Origin: a virus
Lineage: Duplodnaviria > Caudoviricetes
Virus record (IMG/VR): IMGVR_UViG_3300026549_000062
Location: 24,266 to 88,265 of that record
Length of the DNA: 64,000 nucleotides
Direction: 5' to 3' (one strand)
A model generated the notes under the pieces. It worked only from the letters and a program-made list of their open reading frames with translations, made no database searches and was not told where the DNA came from. Positions 39,979 to 49,601 of this stretch are shown piece by piece. The translations under genes and the position numbers were made by a program. Each line of letters opens with the position of its first letter. The stretch's first letter is position 1.

Positions 39979-40164
39979 TCAGTGGATGTATTCCAGGATG
40001 CGGGTCGGATGGCAGCCGTCCACTTTGACAACGCCGTAGTAGACCACATGGTGATCCACGAGAAGAGACTTCAGTGCCGCGATCGCCTCTTCTTCACGAT
40101 CATAGAAATTGTTGGTTCTGACGTTTTCGTCTTTGTCAACGATGACGATGAGATATCTGGACAT
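39979..40164 (-). CDS. Small early protein, GC-richer codon usage
   Basis: RBS GAGGAGG; variant early promoter 40230-40242; conserved leader. Confidence 0.7.
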   Translation of the reverse strand: MSRYLIVIVDKDENVRTNNFYDREEEAIAALKSLLVDHHVVYYGVVKVDGCHPTRILEYIH

Positions 40165-40307
40165 GATGTTTCCTCCTCTGAACTTGTATTCGAATAGTCT
40201 TACGTATACTATACTGCTATTCTCACCACTATATTACGTCAATGAAAAAATCGACTTTTACACAAATAAACATGGTATACCCAAATTGGGTATACCATGC
40301 ATGTATG

Positions 40308-40625
40308 TTAAACTTCCACTAGAGTAAAATCAAGCACATTAGAGTTCCTATTTATATTAATCTCATAAAGAGGCTTAAACGCTCCTGGTACTATTTGTTT
40401 ATCCATATTTAGTTCTGCATTTTTAGCAATTTCCTCTGTAGATATCGTAACTGAGAATATTGGCCTAACAATACTCCTACTAATCTTAATATCCAATATA
40501 TCTTTATCCAGGAACATTCCATTCAATATATTAAACATTGTTACCTCTTCAGAGAAGTAGTTTGTTTTAGATAATACGTTATCTTGATCAGAGGATATTT
40601 TGTTATAAAAATCTATTAGATTCAC
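40308..40625 (-). CDS. Hypothetical protein
   Basis: GTG start after GGAGG. Confidence 0.7.
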   Translation of the reverse strand: MNLIDFYNKISSDQDNVLSKTNYFSEEVTMFNILNGMFLDKDILDIKISRSIVRPIFSVTISTEEIAKNAELNMDKQIVPGAFKPLYEININRNSNVLDFTLVEV

Positions 40626-40629
40626 ATTC

Positions 40630-40872
40630 TTATCCTCCTAAATCGCTATCTATTGATGCAGATAAGTTCTTTAGATCTTTCTTGTTCTTATCCAATGCTT
40701 TAAGTTTAGCGTTCTCTTCTTTCTTAGTTTTCACATAAAGAAAGTTAAGGAAGCCAACAGGAAGATCAAAAGCTTCTGCGTATGTCAATTTACCTTTATT
40801 ATGGTCAACAAGCCAACTTACTCGCGTATAGAAGCCATTCCGTTCGGTAAATTGGCTCGTGTAAAAAGCAAA
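40630..40872 (-). CDS. Startless -1 frame; probable frameshift extension of the gp26-like protein
   Basis: Frame opens just before CTT TTT (40868-40863); encodes ...FYTRVSWLVDHNKGKLTYAEAFDLPVGFLNFLY...; no suitably placed start/RBS. Confidence 0.55.
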   Translation of the reverse strand, partial: FAFYTSQFTERNGFYTRVSWLVDHNKGKLTYAEAFDLPVGFLNFLYVKTKKEENAKLKALDKNKKDLKNLSASIDSDLGG

Positions 40873-42968
40873 TCAATAGAACGAGATTCAAAGGATTCGA
40901 CTTTCTTATGACATACTGGGCACTCGTCTTCTGGAATCTGATATTTGATTGGGCTCTTATCAATTGATGCCTCTACAATCTCATTAACCTTATCCATGAG
41001 AATTGCTCTCTCATCAATTGTAAAGTTCTTAATGATAGTATTAAGACCACGAATCTTTCTCATAGTAGTCTTCTCAAGATCTTTAGCAATAACACCAAAG
41101 TCTATAGGAGAAAGTGTCTTAGACTTCTCATCTACATAATAAACCTTGTTTATATACTGAGAGATATAAACCTCAGTTGTATATTTCTTTGTGAAATCTT
41201 CTTTAAGAGAAGATGGCTCAAAGAGTGCTGAATAGATAGAAGGAGTGCAGAAACTAAATGCATAATGGTCATTAATAAGGGTTGGTTTCGTCTTAAACAT
41301 AAGAGTCTTCTGCTCTTCTCCATTATAAATCTTATAGAATCTATTCTTAACCTTATCATCAGCAAAGATGAGCATATCCTTTATATCACGTTTTCTAAGG
41401 AATACATTTTTGCATTCCTTATTCTTACACTCATATGGGAGGTAGTTAATATCTTTGAAGTTATCCACATAAATTGCAAAGATGATATTAACAGTTTCAT
41501 TCTCAGAAATGCTCTTAAGCCAAGTTTCATATGATGGTTTATTTCTATCATAAAGATGCTTATAAATTGTAGCAAAGAAGTCTCTAAGATCAAGATTGTT
41601 ATTATTCGTAATAGAGATTATCTCTTCACCAGAAAGTGGTGTAAGAGAGATATTCTTACCCGAATAATAGAGAGGCCATGAAGTATGAATCTGACTTTGT
41701 CTATTTGTTCTAGCTGCAAGAGCAAGATTCATCTTAACTGGCTTTGCAGAAATAGTAAAGTCAGAAAGAGCAGAACTCTTATCAAGATTTAGGTCAGTAA
41801 TAAGCTGTTTTACATATCTTTTACGAATAACCTTCATCTCTTCATCAGAAACAAGATTATCATCTTCATCTGTTTCATCTGTAGAATCTGCATCTTCCGT
41901 TGTATCATCTGCGTCATCATCGGAAGAATCTACTGTGACTAGGTCATCGTCTTCTGTAGATGGAGTAACTTCTTCTACTTCAGGAACTACAGGTTCTTCT
42001 GATTTAGCAACATAATACGTTTTCTTTGGTTGATTATTCTTAGCCTTCTCGACTTCTGCCTTTTCTTCATCTGTAAGAAGATCATCAATATCTTTCTCTG
42101 GAAGTTCATTAGAAGGAGAATCATCTTTACCAAGACTTACAGAATCTGAATTGAAATCTGCAATATCATCTTCATCATCAAAACCTTCAGACATTTTATC
42201 TACGTCTTCAGATGCATCAGAAGATAGACGTGCAGAATGCTCTTTCATCGGTCTCTCTTTAAAGCCAAAGTCTTTATCAGAAATGCCAACCTTTTCATCA
42301 TGAGCAACCTTAAAAAGAATATAACCTTTTCTCTCATGCTCTGTAATACCATCAAACTCAGGATATGTATCAATGAGGTTATCTACATATTCGATGTGCT
42401 TCTTAAGTTTAGGAGACTTTTTAGCTCTCTTCATAAGAAGATCATAACGATATTCGATATACTTAAACTTGGCTTCATCAATTCTACCACCAGGGGCAGT
42501 AAGTTCTTTCTTTGTTCTTTCTATACCCTTATCAGCAAGGTCATAGAGATTATCAAGAGTCTGTCTAATAGGATTCTCCTTCTTGCTAATAGGTTTCTTA
42601 GCAAACTCATTAATGCTAATCTTTCTACCATATTTAGCAGTACCATCAGCATTATTTGCAGAAGCATCTTTGGCAGCTACTACATTCTGCTGAAGATCTT
42701 TCTCGATCTTCTCCTCTCTGTTAGTAGCAACTTCAATCTTCTTGTGTTCTTTTGGCTCTGTTTCTATCTTCTTTACAAGTTTAGGATCTACCTTCATCTC
42801 ATGTATCTCTACACCAGACTTTTCGTCCTTAATAACTTTATTCTCTTCAACTACTTTCTTATCAGCGGTCTTTTTGTTTTCTTTTTCAGCCTTTTCAGCG
42901 GGGGTTTCTTGTTCTTCGAGACCAAGATCTTCCAACGTAAGTTCCTGATCTTTCTTATCTTCTGCCAT
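40818..42968 (-). CDS. T4 gp26-like baseplate hub/tail assembly protein with long acidic N-extension
   Basis: C-terminal ISLTPLSGEE.., IFAIY, C..K.C and CP.C motifs. Confidence 0.6.
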   Translation of the reverse strand: MAEDKKDQELTLEDLGLEEQETPAEKAEKENKKTADKKVVEENKVIKDEKSGVEIHEMKVDPKLVKKIETEPKEHKKIEVATNREEKIEKDLQQNVVAAKDASANNADGTAKYGRKISINEFAKKPISKKENPIRQTLDNLYDLADKGIERTKKELTAPGGRIDEAKFKYIEYRYDLLMKRAKKSPKLKKHIEYVDNLIDTYPEFDGITEHERKGYILFKVAHDEKVGISDKDFGFKERPMKEHSARLSSDASEDVDKMSEGFDDEDDIADFNSDSVSLGKDDSPSNELPEKDIDDLLTDEEKAEVEKAKNNQPKKTYYVAKSEEPVVPEVEEVTPSTEDDDLVTVDSSDDDADDTTEDADSTDETDEDDNLVSDEEMKVIRKRYVKQLITDLNLDKSSALSDFTISAKPVKMNLALAARTNRQSQIHTSWPLYYSGKNISLTPLSGEEIISITNNNNLDLRDFFATIYKHLYDRNKPSYETWLKSISENETVNIIFAIYVDNFKDINYLPYECKNKECKNVFLRKRDIKDMLIFADDKVKNRFYKIYNGEEQKTLMFKTKPTLINDHYAFSFCTPSIYSALFEPSSLKEDFTKKYTTEVYISQYINKVYYVDEKSKTLSPIDFGVIAKDLEKTTMRKIRGLNTIIKNFTIDERAILMDKVNEIVEASIDKSPIKYQIPEDECPVCHKKVESFESRSIDLLFTRANLPNGMASIRE

Positions 42969-43494
42969 GTTTTTTCCTCCTATAGAATCTATTAATATTA
43001 TTCTTATGGAAAGAATGACCAATCTTCTTATTTCTAGCTACTGCTCTCTTTTTTGCTTTACCCAATCCTTGGTCTAGCAAATTACTCACAGCACCATCAT
43101 CTAATTTACCATTATGATAACATGATGCTCTTTCTTCATGAACTGATGAAACTATACCAGGTGCAGATTGAGACTCTATAATATCTTTGATATTAAATTT
43201 TCTTTCTTTTTCAGATTCTTCTGTAGAGTATACGAGTTCCATCTTTACAGGGTCAAATTCTTCCCTCTTTACGGAATGTTTAACTCCTGTACTTTCATCT
43301 TTAAATGTAGCAGTTAGAAATAGATGATTAGATCTGAATTCTTTATTAATCTTTTCTAGATCTTCATCAGATATATTGAGTTTGCTCATTAAGGATTCAT
43401 CATAATCCTTAACTTTAATCTGTTTAGTTTCTTCTCTCCAATCGTTATTTAGTTTAACAAATATGATATCATTATCCTTAAGCAAAATTATCAC
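42955..43494 (-). CDS. Hypothetical protein
   Basis: 179 aa; GTG start overlaps upstream TGA. Confidence 0.65.
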   Translation of the reverse strand: MIILLKDNDIIFVKLNNDWREETKQIKVKDYDESLMSKLNISDEDLEKINKEFRSNHLFLTATFKDESTGVKHSVKREEFDPVKMELVYSTEESEKERKFNIKDIIESQSAPGIVSSVHEERASCYHNGKLDDGAVSNLLDQGLGKAKKRAVARNKKIGHSFHKNNINRFYRRKKHGRR

Positions 43495-43919
43495 TTATCC
43501 TTTATACCATCAATGGTTTGACTATCAATATCATATAATATTTCATAAGCTGATTTATCTATCATGATAAGAATCATAACTTTAGTCTTATTATCCTTAT
43601 CATGATACAAACTAGCATTAACCTGAATAGAAGAAAATTCGGGTAAATATGTAGCACATTGATCCATTATATCTCTACTGAGCTGGGTTAATTCTGATTC
43701 AAAAGCAAATCTATAATTAGCTCTTATATCTACACCCATATCAGGTTGATCAGCATAAGTTCCTTTACGTAGTAAAATAAGTCTTGCTATCATAAGAATA
43801 GCAGAATTCATTACACCAGACTGTATGATAGACATGTCTATCATTTTAGGCTGTTGCAAATCATCCAATCCTAGCAAATAGTCTCTTACATTGGCTTCTT
43901 CATCGAATTTTACTGGCAT
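43491..43919 (-). CDS. gp25/GPW-like baseplate wedge protein
   Basis: IARLILLRKGTYADQPDMGVDI, L..DI.DQ..TYLP. Confidence 0.75.
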   Translation of the reverse strand: MPVKFDEEANVRDYLLGLDDLQQPKMIDMSIIQSGVMNSAILMIARLILLRKGTYADQPDMGVDIRANYRFAFESELTQLSRDIMDQCATYLPEFSSIQVNASLYHDKDNKTKVMILIMIDKSAYEILYDIDSQTIDGIKDK

Positions 43920-44017
43920 TATTTCACCACCCTTATAATGCATTACCAATTTGTATTTAACATCATTTTTTAACATACTGCCACATCTTAATAACGTTAA
44001 ACAAGGAGGAATTAGTT

Positions 44018-44674
44018 ATGAATGAAGCAATGGGATTAGCTAGCTTTACTCCTGTTGTAGGACCGTCAAAACCAGATGGCCTAATGATACAAAATCAAGT
44101 AGATAAAGATCTTAAAGATAATAGGATCTCATTCTCTAGAACTATAGATAAAGATAGTAAGAGATTAGAAATAGATGATAATGGAAAAGTAGATTTAAAA
44201 GACAATTCTGATTTAGAAGAATCTTTTCAATCTATATACCAAATGAAGACTGTTGATGAAGATAAAGTAAATGAATTAATAAAAGAAGCCTCTCTTCCAT
44301 ATGAAGAGAGACCTATTCATGATAAAAATTACATCTATGAATTACTAACTAATCATAAACTACTTACTGAAGATCAATTAGATTATGATCCATTATTAGA
44401 GAAAGTATATCTTGATAAGATTTCTAAAACTCTTCAAAATGATATAGGAACTCTTAAAGGAGATATAGATTCCATAGAAAATAAAGAAAAGAAAGATGGC
44501 TTCTATACTCCAGATACAACTCATCCATATAATGGAGATTATGATGAAGAAGATGCATCTGTAAAATTTCCAATGCTAGAAAATACAGAAAGTGATTATA
44601 TAAATCATATAAAAAATAATATATCTTCTAGAATAAATCAAATTCTTGGAGAGGAGGATGAAGAGATTGAGTGA
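44018..44674 (+). CDS. Probable head protein
   Basis: Late promoter 43982-43993; MNEA and LEES sites. Confidence 0.6.
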   Translation: MNEAMGLASFTPVVGPSKPDGLMIQNQVDKDLKDNRISFSRTIDKDSKRLEIDDNGKVDLKDNSDLEESFQSIYQMKTVDEDKVNELIKEASLPYEERPIHDKNYIYELLTNHKLLTEDQLDYDPLLEKVYLDKISKTLQNDIGTLKGDIDSIENKEKKDGFYTPDTTHPYNGDYDEEDASVKFPMLENTESDYINHIKNNISSRINQILGEEDEEIE

Positions 44675-46472
44675 AGAAATAGATCTTAATATAGATAGAA
44701 CTTATGATGACCCTAGATTTATTACAGATTCCGCAAAGAGAGAGGAAATAACTAGATTTGAACATAAATTCCCTGGTGCTGTAGTATTGAATGATAAATA
44801 TGATAGTGAAAAAGATTTAGATAGCGATTGGACTAAGTATAATCTTCTTCCATACTCACTAAAGATACTATCTAATGAAAGATGTCTTAAGTATTATGGA
44901 ATGAAGAATGAAGATCTTTATTACAAACTTAAGAAAAAGTTCTTAGATCAAAATATAGAAAACACAGAACCAGAACAGAAAGAATATATACCTGGAAGTA
45001 ATATGAATGAAGTAACCAATCTTGATGTATTATCTATGGCTAATAAAGAAGCTAGAGATTATATGGAAAAAGGTGGTCATGAATTAATACCACAGGATAT
45101 AAAGAATCTAGATGATTTGAATTCTTTTTGGTATAGATTCAACAATCAATGCGATGAACATAAAGCGAAGGCTAATGATAAATCTGTTCATCTGTATGGT
45201 ATTCGAGTACCAGAAATGTATCATAAACTTCTTCATAAATTCCTTCATAATGATATTTCATATAAAGACAATTTTGATATATTAAAGAATCCAGAAGTAG
45301 GTTCTGTATTTGTAGGAACAGAAGCTTATGATTCTATTATGGATACGGAAGATATATTAGAATCAAGTATATACCTAGATAGGTTAAATAGAAAAGAAAA
45401 AGAATCAGGATTAGATATTATAGAATCTTCTATCAGGGATTCTATAATAGAAAATAATATAAGTATCTTAGAAGATAAAGAAGATTATGTAAAGGGTGCT
45501 TCATTCTTAACTCCTAATGAAATACTATCTGCTATAGGAGAAGAAAATATAGTAGATAAAAAATGGTTTAATAATTATAGAGCTAAGTTTGTTGGATTAA
45601 AACCAGAATATAAAAATTTCTATTCAGTAAGGGACCAATCTATATATGAAGCATACAAAGAAAAGGATGATAAAAAGATGATCTCTTTTGGTTGGAACCC
45701 AATGCTAGAATATACAAAAGAAAATCTATTTCTATCTTCTACAAGAGCAAATAATGAAGTGAGATCTAATATGAACTTTAGTTTTGTTGATCTTACTAAG
45801 ACTAAAGAAACAAATAAAGATACATTCCCAACTGGAATTAGTGTATTCTTTATAAAAGAATCAGATCCTGATATTAACCATTTTAAGAATCCAGTTTATA
45901 GTATGCTATTCTCATTTAACCCATTGAATAAGAATGATTTCTATTCTATAGATCTTGCCGGTATACATTCTAATCTTTCATATGATTTCTTTGTTGGAGA
46001 ATTCTATAAAAAGCCATTAATAACGATATTCTTCTTACCATTAGATAAAGACTTCTATAACGAATGTATAGATCATATAAATGATATAGTTCTAAATTAC
46101 CATAGTCAAGATTCAGAACTTAAGTCTGCTATAATGGGACTTGGCAAAGATAAAATAGAGATAGCAAATAAACGTCTATTTACTTCTGTACTTATCAATA
46201 CTTTATTAGGATCTGTAAAATCTAATGATAATATATTACACTTTACTGATAAAAATGAAATCATTTACATACTATTTAATAGAGTACCGTATATATACAA
46301 TGATATAATTAAGTCTTATTCCAAGATTAATATTTTTGATGAATATAGAAATCTTACAGAATCTACATTCTTGGATAATATAGTAGAATCTTATAAGCCC
46401 TATATAAAGAAGAGAGATACTAAAGTTAACACATTTAAGAAATTGAGAAACTTTATAAGCAATACAATCTAA
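44658..46472 (+). CDS. Probable head protein with repeated N-terminal unit
   Basis: Repeat DLDSDWTKYN / DLNSFWYRFN...YGM.NE / YGI.V.E; several I/L-x-ES sites. Confidence 0.6.
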   Translation: MKRLSEEIDLNIDRTYDDPRFITDSAKREEITRFEHKFPGAVVLNDKYDSEKDLDSDWTKYNLLPYSLKILSNERCLKYYGMKNEDLYYKLKKKFLDQNIENTEPEQKEYIPGSNMNEVTNLDVLSMANKEARDYMEKGGHELIPQDIKNLDDLNSFWYRFNNQCDEHKAKANDKSVHLYGIRVPEMYHKLLHKFLHNDISYKDNFDILKNPEVGSVFVGTEAYDSIMDTEDILESSIYLDRLNRKEKESGLDIIESSIRDSIIENNISILEDKEDYVKGASFLTPNEILSAIGEENIVDKKWFNNYRAKFVGLKPEYKNFYSVRDQSIYEAYKEKDDKKMISFGWNPMLEYTKENLFLSSTRANNEVRSNMNFSFVDLTKTKETNKDTFPTGISVFFIKESDPDINHFKNPVYSMLFSFNPLNKNDFYSIDLAGIHSNLSYDFFVGEFYKKPLITIFFLPLDKDFYNECIDHINDIVLNYHSQDSELKSAIMGLGKDKIEIANKRLFTSVLINTLLGSVKSNDNILHFTDKNEIIYILFNRVPYIYNDIIKSYSKINIFDEYRNLTESTFLDNIVESYKPYIKKRDTKVNTFKKLRNFISNTI

Positions 46473-46575
46473 AATAAAAATCAGTTACATACTATAATAG
46501 TGAGTATAAATCCCATAGACCATTATGGTCTATGGGAATATTAAATGTCAATGTATAGAGGAGGATGAAAATTTT

Positions 46576-47646
46576 ATGGTGACAGACAAAATAGTTCATA
46601 AAATTATCTACAAAACAAAGGATTACAAAAGAATCAGGAAAGACTATTTATATGTAGACCATGAAAGATCAATAAAAGATACATATAAATGTATTGATCT
46701 TACATGGGATAAAACTCATTGGCAGATATTTGATAAAGATGAAATCTTTGAATACTTCAATGTAGTCAAACCAATGTATGTAATTGGTTATAGAAAATTC
46801 ATTGGAGATAAATTCAAAAATGATTCAGAATATATCTTCATCAACAAATATAGAGGTGATGAAGATAAAACTAAGATGGAAACATACTATGCATTCAATC
46901 TTACTTATCTTAAGAATAATCTTGGTAAACTATTATCTAATGATAGAGAAACAAGACAAGAAGTTGCCAAAGATCTTAGGAAAGAACTAAGATATGTAAC
47001 AGTAGATACAAATAGTTGTGTAGAGCTTCCTAAAGATGTGGAAGTATCTAATGAACAATATTGGTATGGATACTATCTTACTAATATCAATAAAGTAGTA
47101 TCAGAAATTGCAAAAGAGCAAGATGTATTTCCAAAGAATAAAGTATGCAGAGATAAGTATAAAGAGATTGTAAAATCTTATATCGAATATGCTGTATCTG
47201 CATTGTTCCCAGAGATTGTATTTGAATCGAATTCTTATGTAAATAAGTTCCTTCATATGTGCATGAAAGATAGTTCATTTATGAAGAAATACGATAGCAC
47301 AAAAAAAGGATTAAATGATATCTATTCTCCGAATACTGTTATGCTGTATCTTATGAGAGAATATGATCCTAAATTTAAATTCATTGATTTTCAAAATATG
47401 AATTACAATTCTACTAATGCAGATATTGTATTCAACACATTAAATGTAATCAAATATGATCTTAGATTTGATTTAGAAGAATTCAAAAAGAAATACCTAT
47501 TGTACAATACATTAGTGATTGTAGATGATGATAAATGGAACACATATGTATTTGGTTATGAAGTTCCTGCTCCTACATTCATTAATAAAGAAGAGAATAT
47601 TCTTAGTGATGATGAAATGAAAACATTCCTCACAAGAAAGTTCTAA
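46576..47646 (+). CDS. Early hypothetical protein
   Basis: Early promoter 46484; RBS GAGGAGG. Confidence 0.7.
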   Translation: MVTDKIVHKIIYKTKDYKRIRKDYLYVDHERSIKDTYKCIDLTWDKTHWQIFDKDEIFEYFNVVKPMYVIGYRKFIGDKFKNDSEYIFINKYRGDEDKTKMETYYAFNLTYLKNNLGKLLSNDRETRQEVAKDLRKELRYVTVDTNSCVELPKDVEVSNEQYWYGYYLTNINKVVSEIAKEQDVFPKNKVCRDKYKEIVKSYIEYAVSALFPEIVFESNSYVNKFLHMCMKDSSFMKKYDSTKKGLNDIYSPNTVMLYLMREYDPKFKFIDFQNMNYNSTNADIVFNTLNVIKYDLRFDLEEFKKKYLLYNTLVIVDDDKWNTYVFGYEVPAPTFINKEENILSDDEMKTFLTRKF

Positions 47647-47758
47647 ATATGATAGTTACAATCAGTAATGATTGTTTCTATATAGATGCGGGTATGGTCA
47701 AGAGCTCTGACCAACATATACCCATTCCAAAATCTTATATATATAAGGAGGAGTTAAC

Positions 47759-48547
47759 ATGAGCATGTTAACCGCAGAAGCACAGACCACAGTCGAATCC
47801 CAGGAGAAGAAAGACCAAAAGCAGGTTAATTTCAACACTCCAAACAGGAAACACATCAAGTCTGTAAAAGCAGAGTTCCCATCTTTCATCAGTACTATGT
47901 ACGGAGATAATGAAGTATTCTGCAATCTCGTAAATCAGTATCTGAAGCCAGTATTTCCACAGCTTCATGGTTCTGTTATCTCAATCAGTAATGATAACCG
48001 TACTCTTTATACTGTTATCTATTTCCTCGATCGTCCAGATACAACATATCAGGATGGTCAGGTGAAAGCAATTGAAAAGGTTCTCGATAAGAAGGACCTC
48101 AGCAGCTCGATTAATCGTATCCGTGCTATTAATCAGATCAGTTCTGCTAATCGTCGTTTCTATAAACTTACTGATGAAGCGAAAGAACTGCTTATGGATG
48201 TAATTCCTATGATGGCAGTCAATCGTCAGAATGGTAAAGTTGATTGGAACAAGATTCAGGACGAAGTTACTGATGGCAATGGTATCGTGTATACTCGTGT
48301 TATGATTGACCTTGGTCGTGTTCTTAAAGCCATCTATGGCAATAAGGACGAGAGCGGTAAGGGTAACTATCTTTATAACATTATGGTTGGTAAGCCAATC
48401 AATGCAGTTCGTTCTCCGAGCGGCATGATTCTTGAAGATCGTTGGCAGATCTTCGTTATGCGTGTCAATAGTCTCGATGTTGAGAAGGTAGCAGCACAGT
48501 ATGGTTATGTTGCTACTGGCAATCAGTTCGGTATTGTGACTGCATAA
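47759..48547 (+). CDS. Highly expressed hypothetical protein
   Basis: Strong codon bias, RBS AAGGAGGAG, structured leader. Confidence 0.8.
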   Translation: MSMLTAEAQTTVESQEKKDQKQVNFNTPNRKHIKSVKAEFPSFISTMYGDNEVFCNLVNQYLKPVFPQLHGSVISISNDNRTLYTVIYFLDRPDTTYQDGQVKAIEKVLDKKDLSSSINRIRAINQISSANRRFYKLTDEAKELLMDVIPMMAVNRQNGKVDWNKIQDEVTDGNGIVYTRVMIDLGRVLKAIYGNKDESGKGNYLYNIMVGKPINAVRSPSGMILEDRWQIFVMRVNSLDVEKVAAQYGYVATGNQFGIVTA

Positions 48548-48587
48548 AATTACATTTACACAGAAACTTAGATTAGTATAAGAAGAT

Positions 48588-48617
48588 AATGAGATAGAGG
48601 ATATCCTCTATCTCATT
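48588..48617 (+). terminator. Intrinsic terminator
   Basis: AATGAGATAGAGGA/TCCTCTATCTCATT then T-run. Confidence 0.75.
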
Positions 48618-48649
48618 ATTTTTTAATATATGCAAGGAGAGACTAAACT

Positions 48650-49054
48650 ATGGATAAAAAGAATATCACATACGATGTAAAAAAAGATGGTATTGACGAA
48701 ATTATTGAAGAAACTAAGAATGCTACTATGATGCTAAGAGAAGTGGCATGGAATGGTAGAGATTATCATCTAGAATTAAGAAAATGGATTATTAGTGGAG
48801 AAGAGCTTAAACCACTAAGAGGTATTTCATTCTCTACGGAAGATGGTCCTAATAATCTTGTTGATGTAATGACTGATCTTGGATTTGGTCATACTAAGAA
48901 AATGCTTAAATCTCTTAAAGATAGAGAAGACTTTGAAGACAGTCTTGTATATACTATTGGTAAAAAGAAAGTAGAAGAAAGTAAAGATAAAGAAGTAGTC
49001 ATTAATGAAGATGATTACTTTGATCCAGTTGCAGATGAATCTATAATTAAATAA
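48650..49054 (+). CDS. PC4/YdbC-like ssDNA-binding protein
   Basis: LREVAWNGRDYHLELRKW...KPLRGISFS pattern. Confidence 0.7.
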   Translation: MDKKNITYDVKKDGIDEIIEETKNATMMLREVAWNGRDYHLELRKWIISGEELKPLRGISFSTEDGPNNLVDVMTDLGFGHTKKMLKSLKDREDFEDSLVYTIGKKKVEESKDKEVVINEDDYFDPVADESIIK

Positions 49055-49124
49055 AAGTATAGGTATGACTGTCTTGTAATGAGACAGTCATACTTTTATG
49101 TGTTTAATTAGGAGATGTATACTT

Positions 49125-49601
49125 ATGGCATTACTTGATAATAATCAGAATCTAGAGATAATTGGTGAAGGTCAAAGAACTGGTGACCAATTAGTTGCTA
49201 TGGAAAAATGCAGAAAACTAGATGAAGATACAGATAAACAATGCAAATATATTGATAACTATGGGAACTGCATCTTTGATAATTGTATTTGGGATATGAA
49301 CGAAATCCCTAATACTACTAAAAAATGGTGGTATAAGTGTATTATATGCGATCAACCATCATCTATTAATCCAAGATATATGAAAGCCCACATTTGTCAA
49401 TCTTGCCAGGATAGAATGTGGAAAGCAGAAAAACTTCCATTTACATGTGTTCATTGTGGAAAAACTCAAAACCATCCGTCTAAACTAATGTTTTCAGGTA
49501 TATGTGATGAATGTTTTAAGCACGAAGTATTCAATGATTGCTATACTGTAAGACATCATACCTATATGAGAAAGGACCAATCGCATGAAGTCTCACTTTG
49601 A
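49125..49601 (+). CDS. Multi-CxxC zinc-binding protein
   Basis: CIIC, CQSC, CVHC, CDEC plus N-terminal Cys cluster. Confidence 0.7.
   Translation: MALLDNNQNLEIIGEGQRTGDQLVAMEKCRKLDEDTDKQCKYIDNYGNCIFDNCIWDMNEIPNTTKKWWYKCIICDQPSSINPRYMKAHICQSCQDRMWKAEKLPFTCVHCGKTQNHPSKLMFSGICDECFKHEVFNDCYTVRHHTYMRKDQSHEVSL

Noticed and set aside
42237-42995. 252-aa plus-strand ORF and other ORFs overlapping core genes
   Set aside because: Antisense to K/E-rich genes, F/L/I-rich composition, no RBS.
47759-48547. Possible chimallin (nuclear shell) homolog
   Set aside because: Much shorter than ChmA and no recognisable similarity; no PhuZ seen in this window either.
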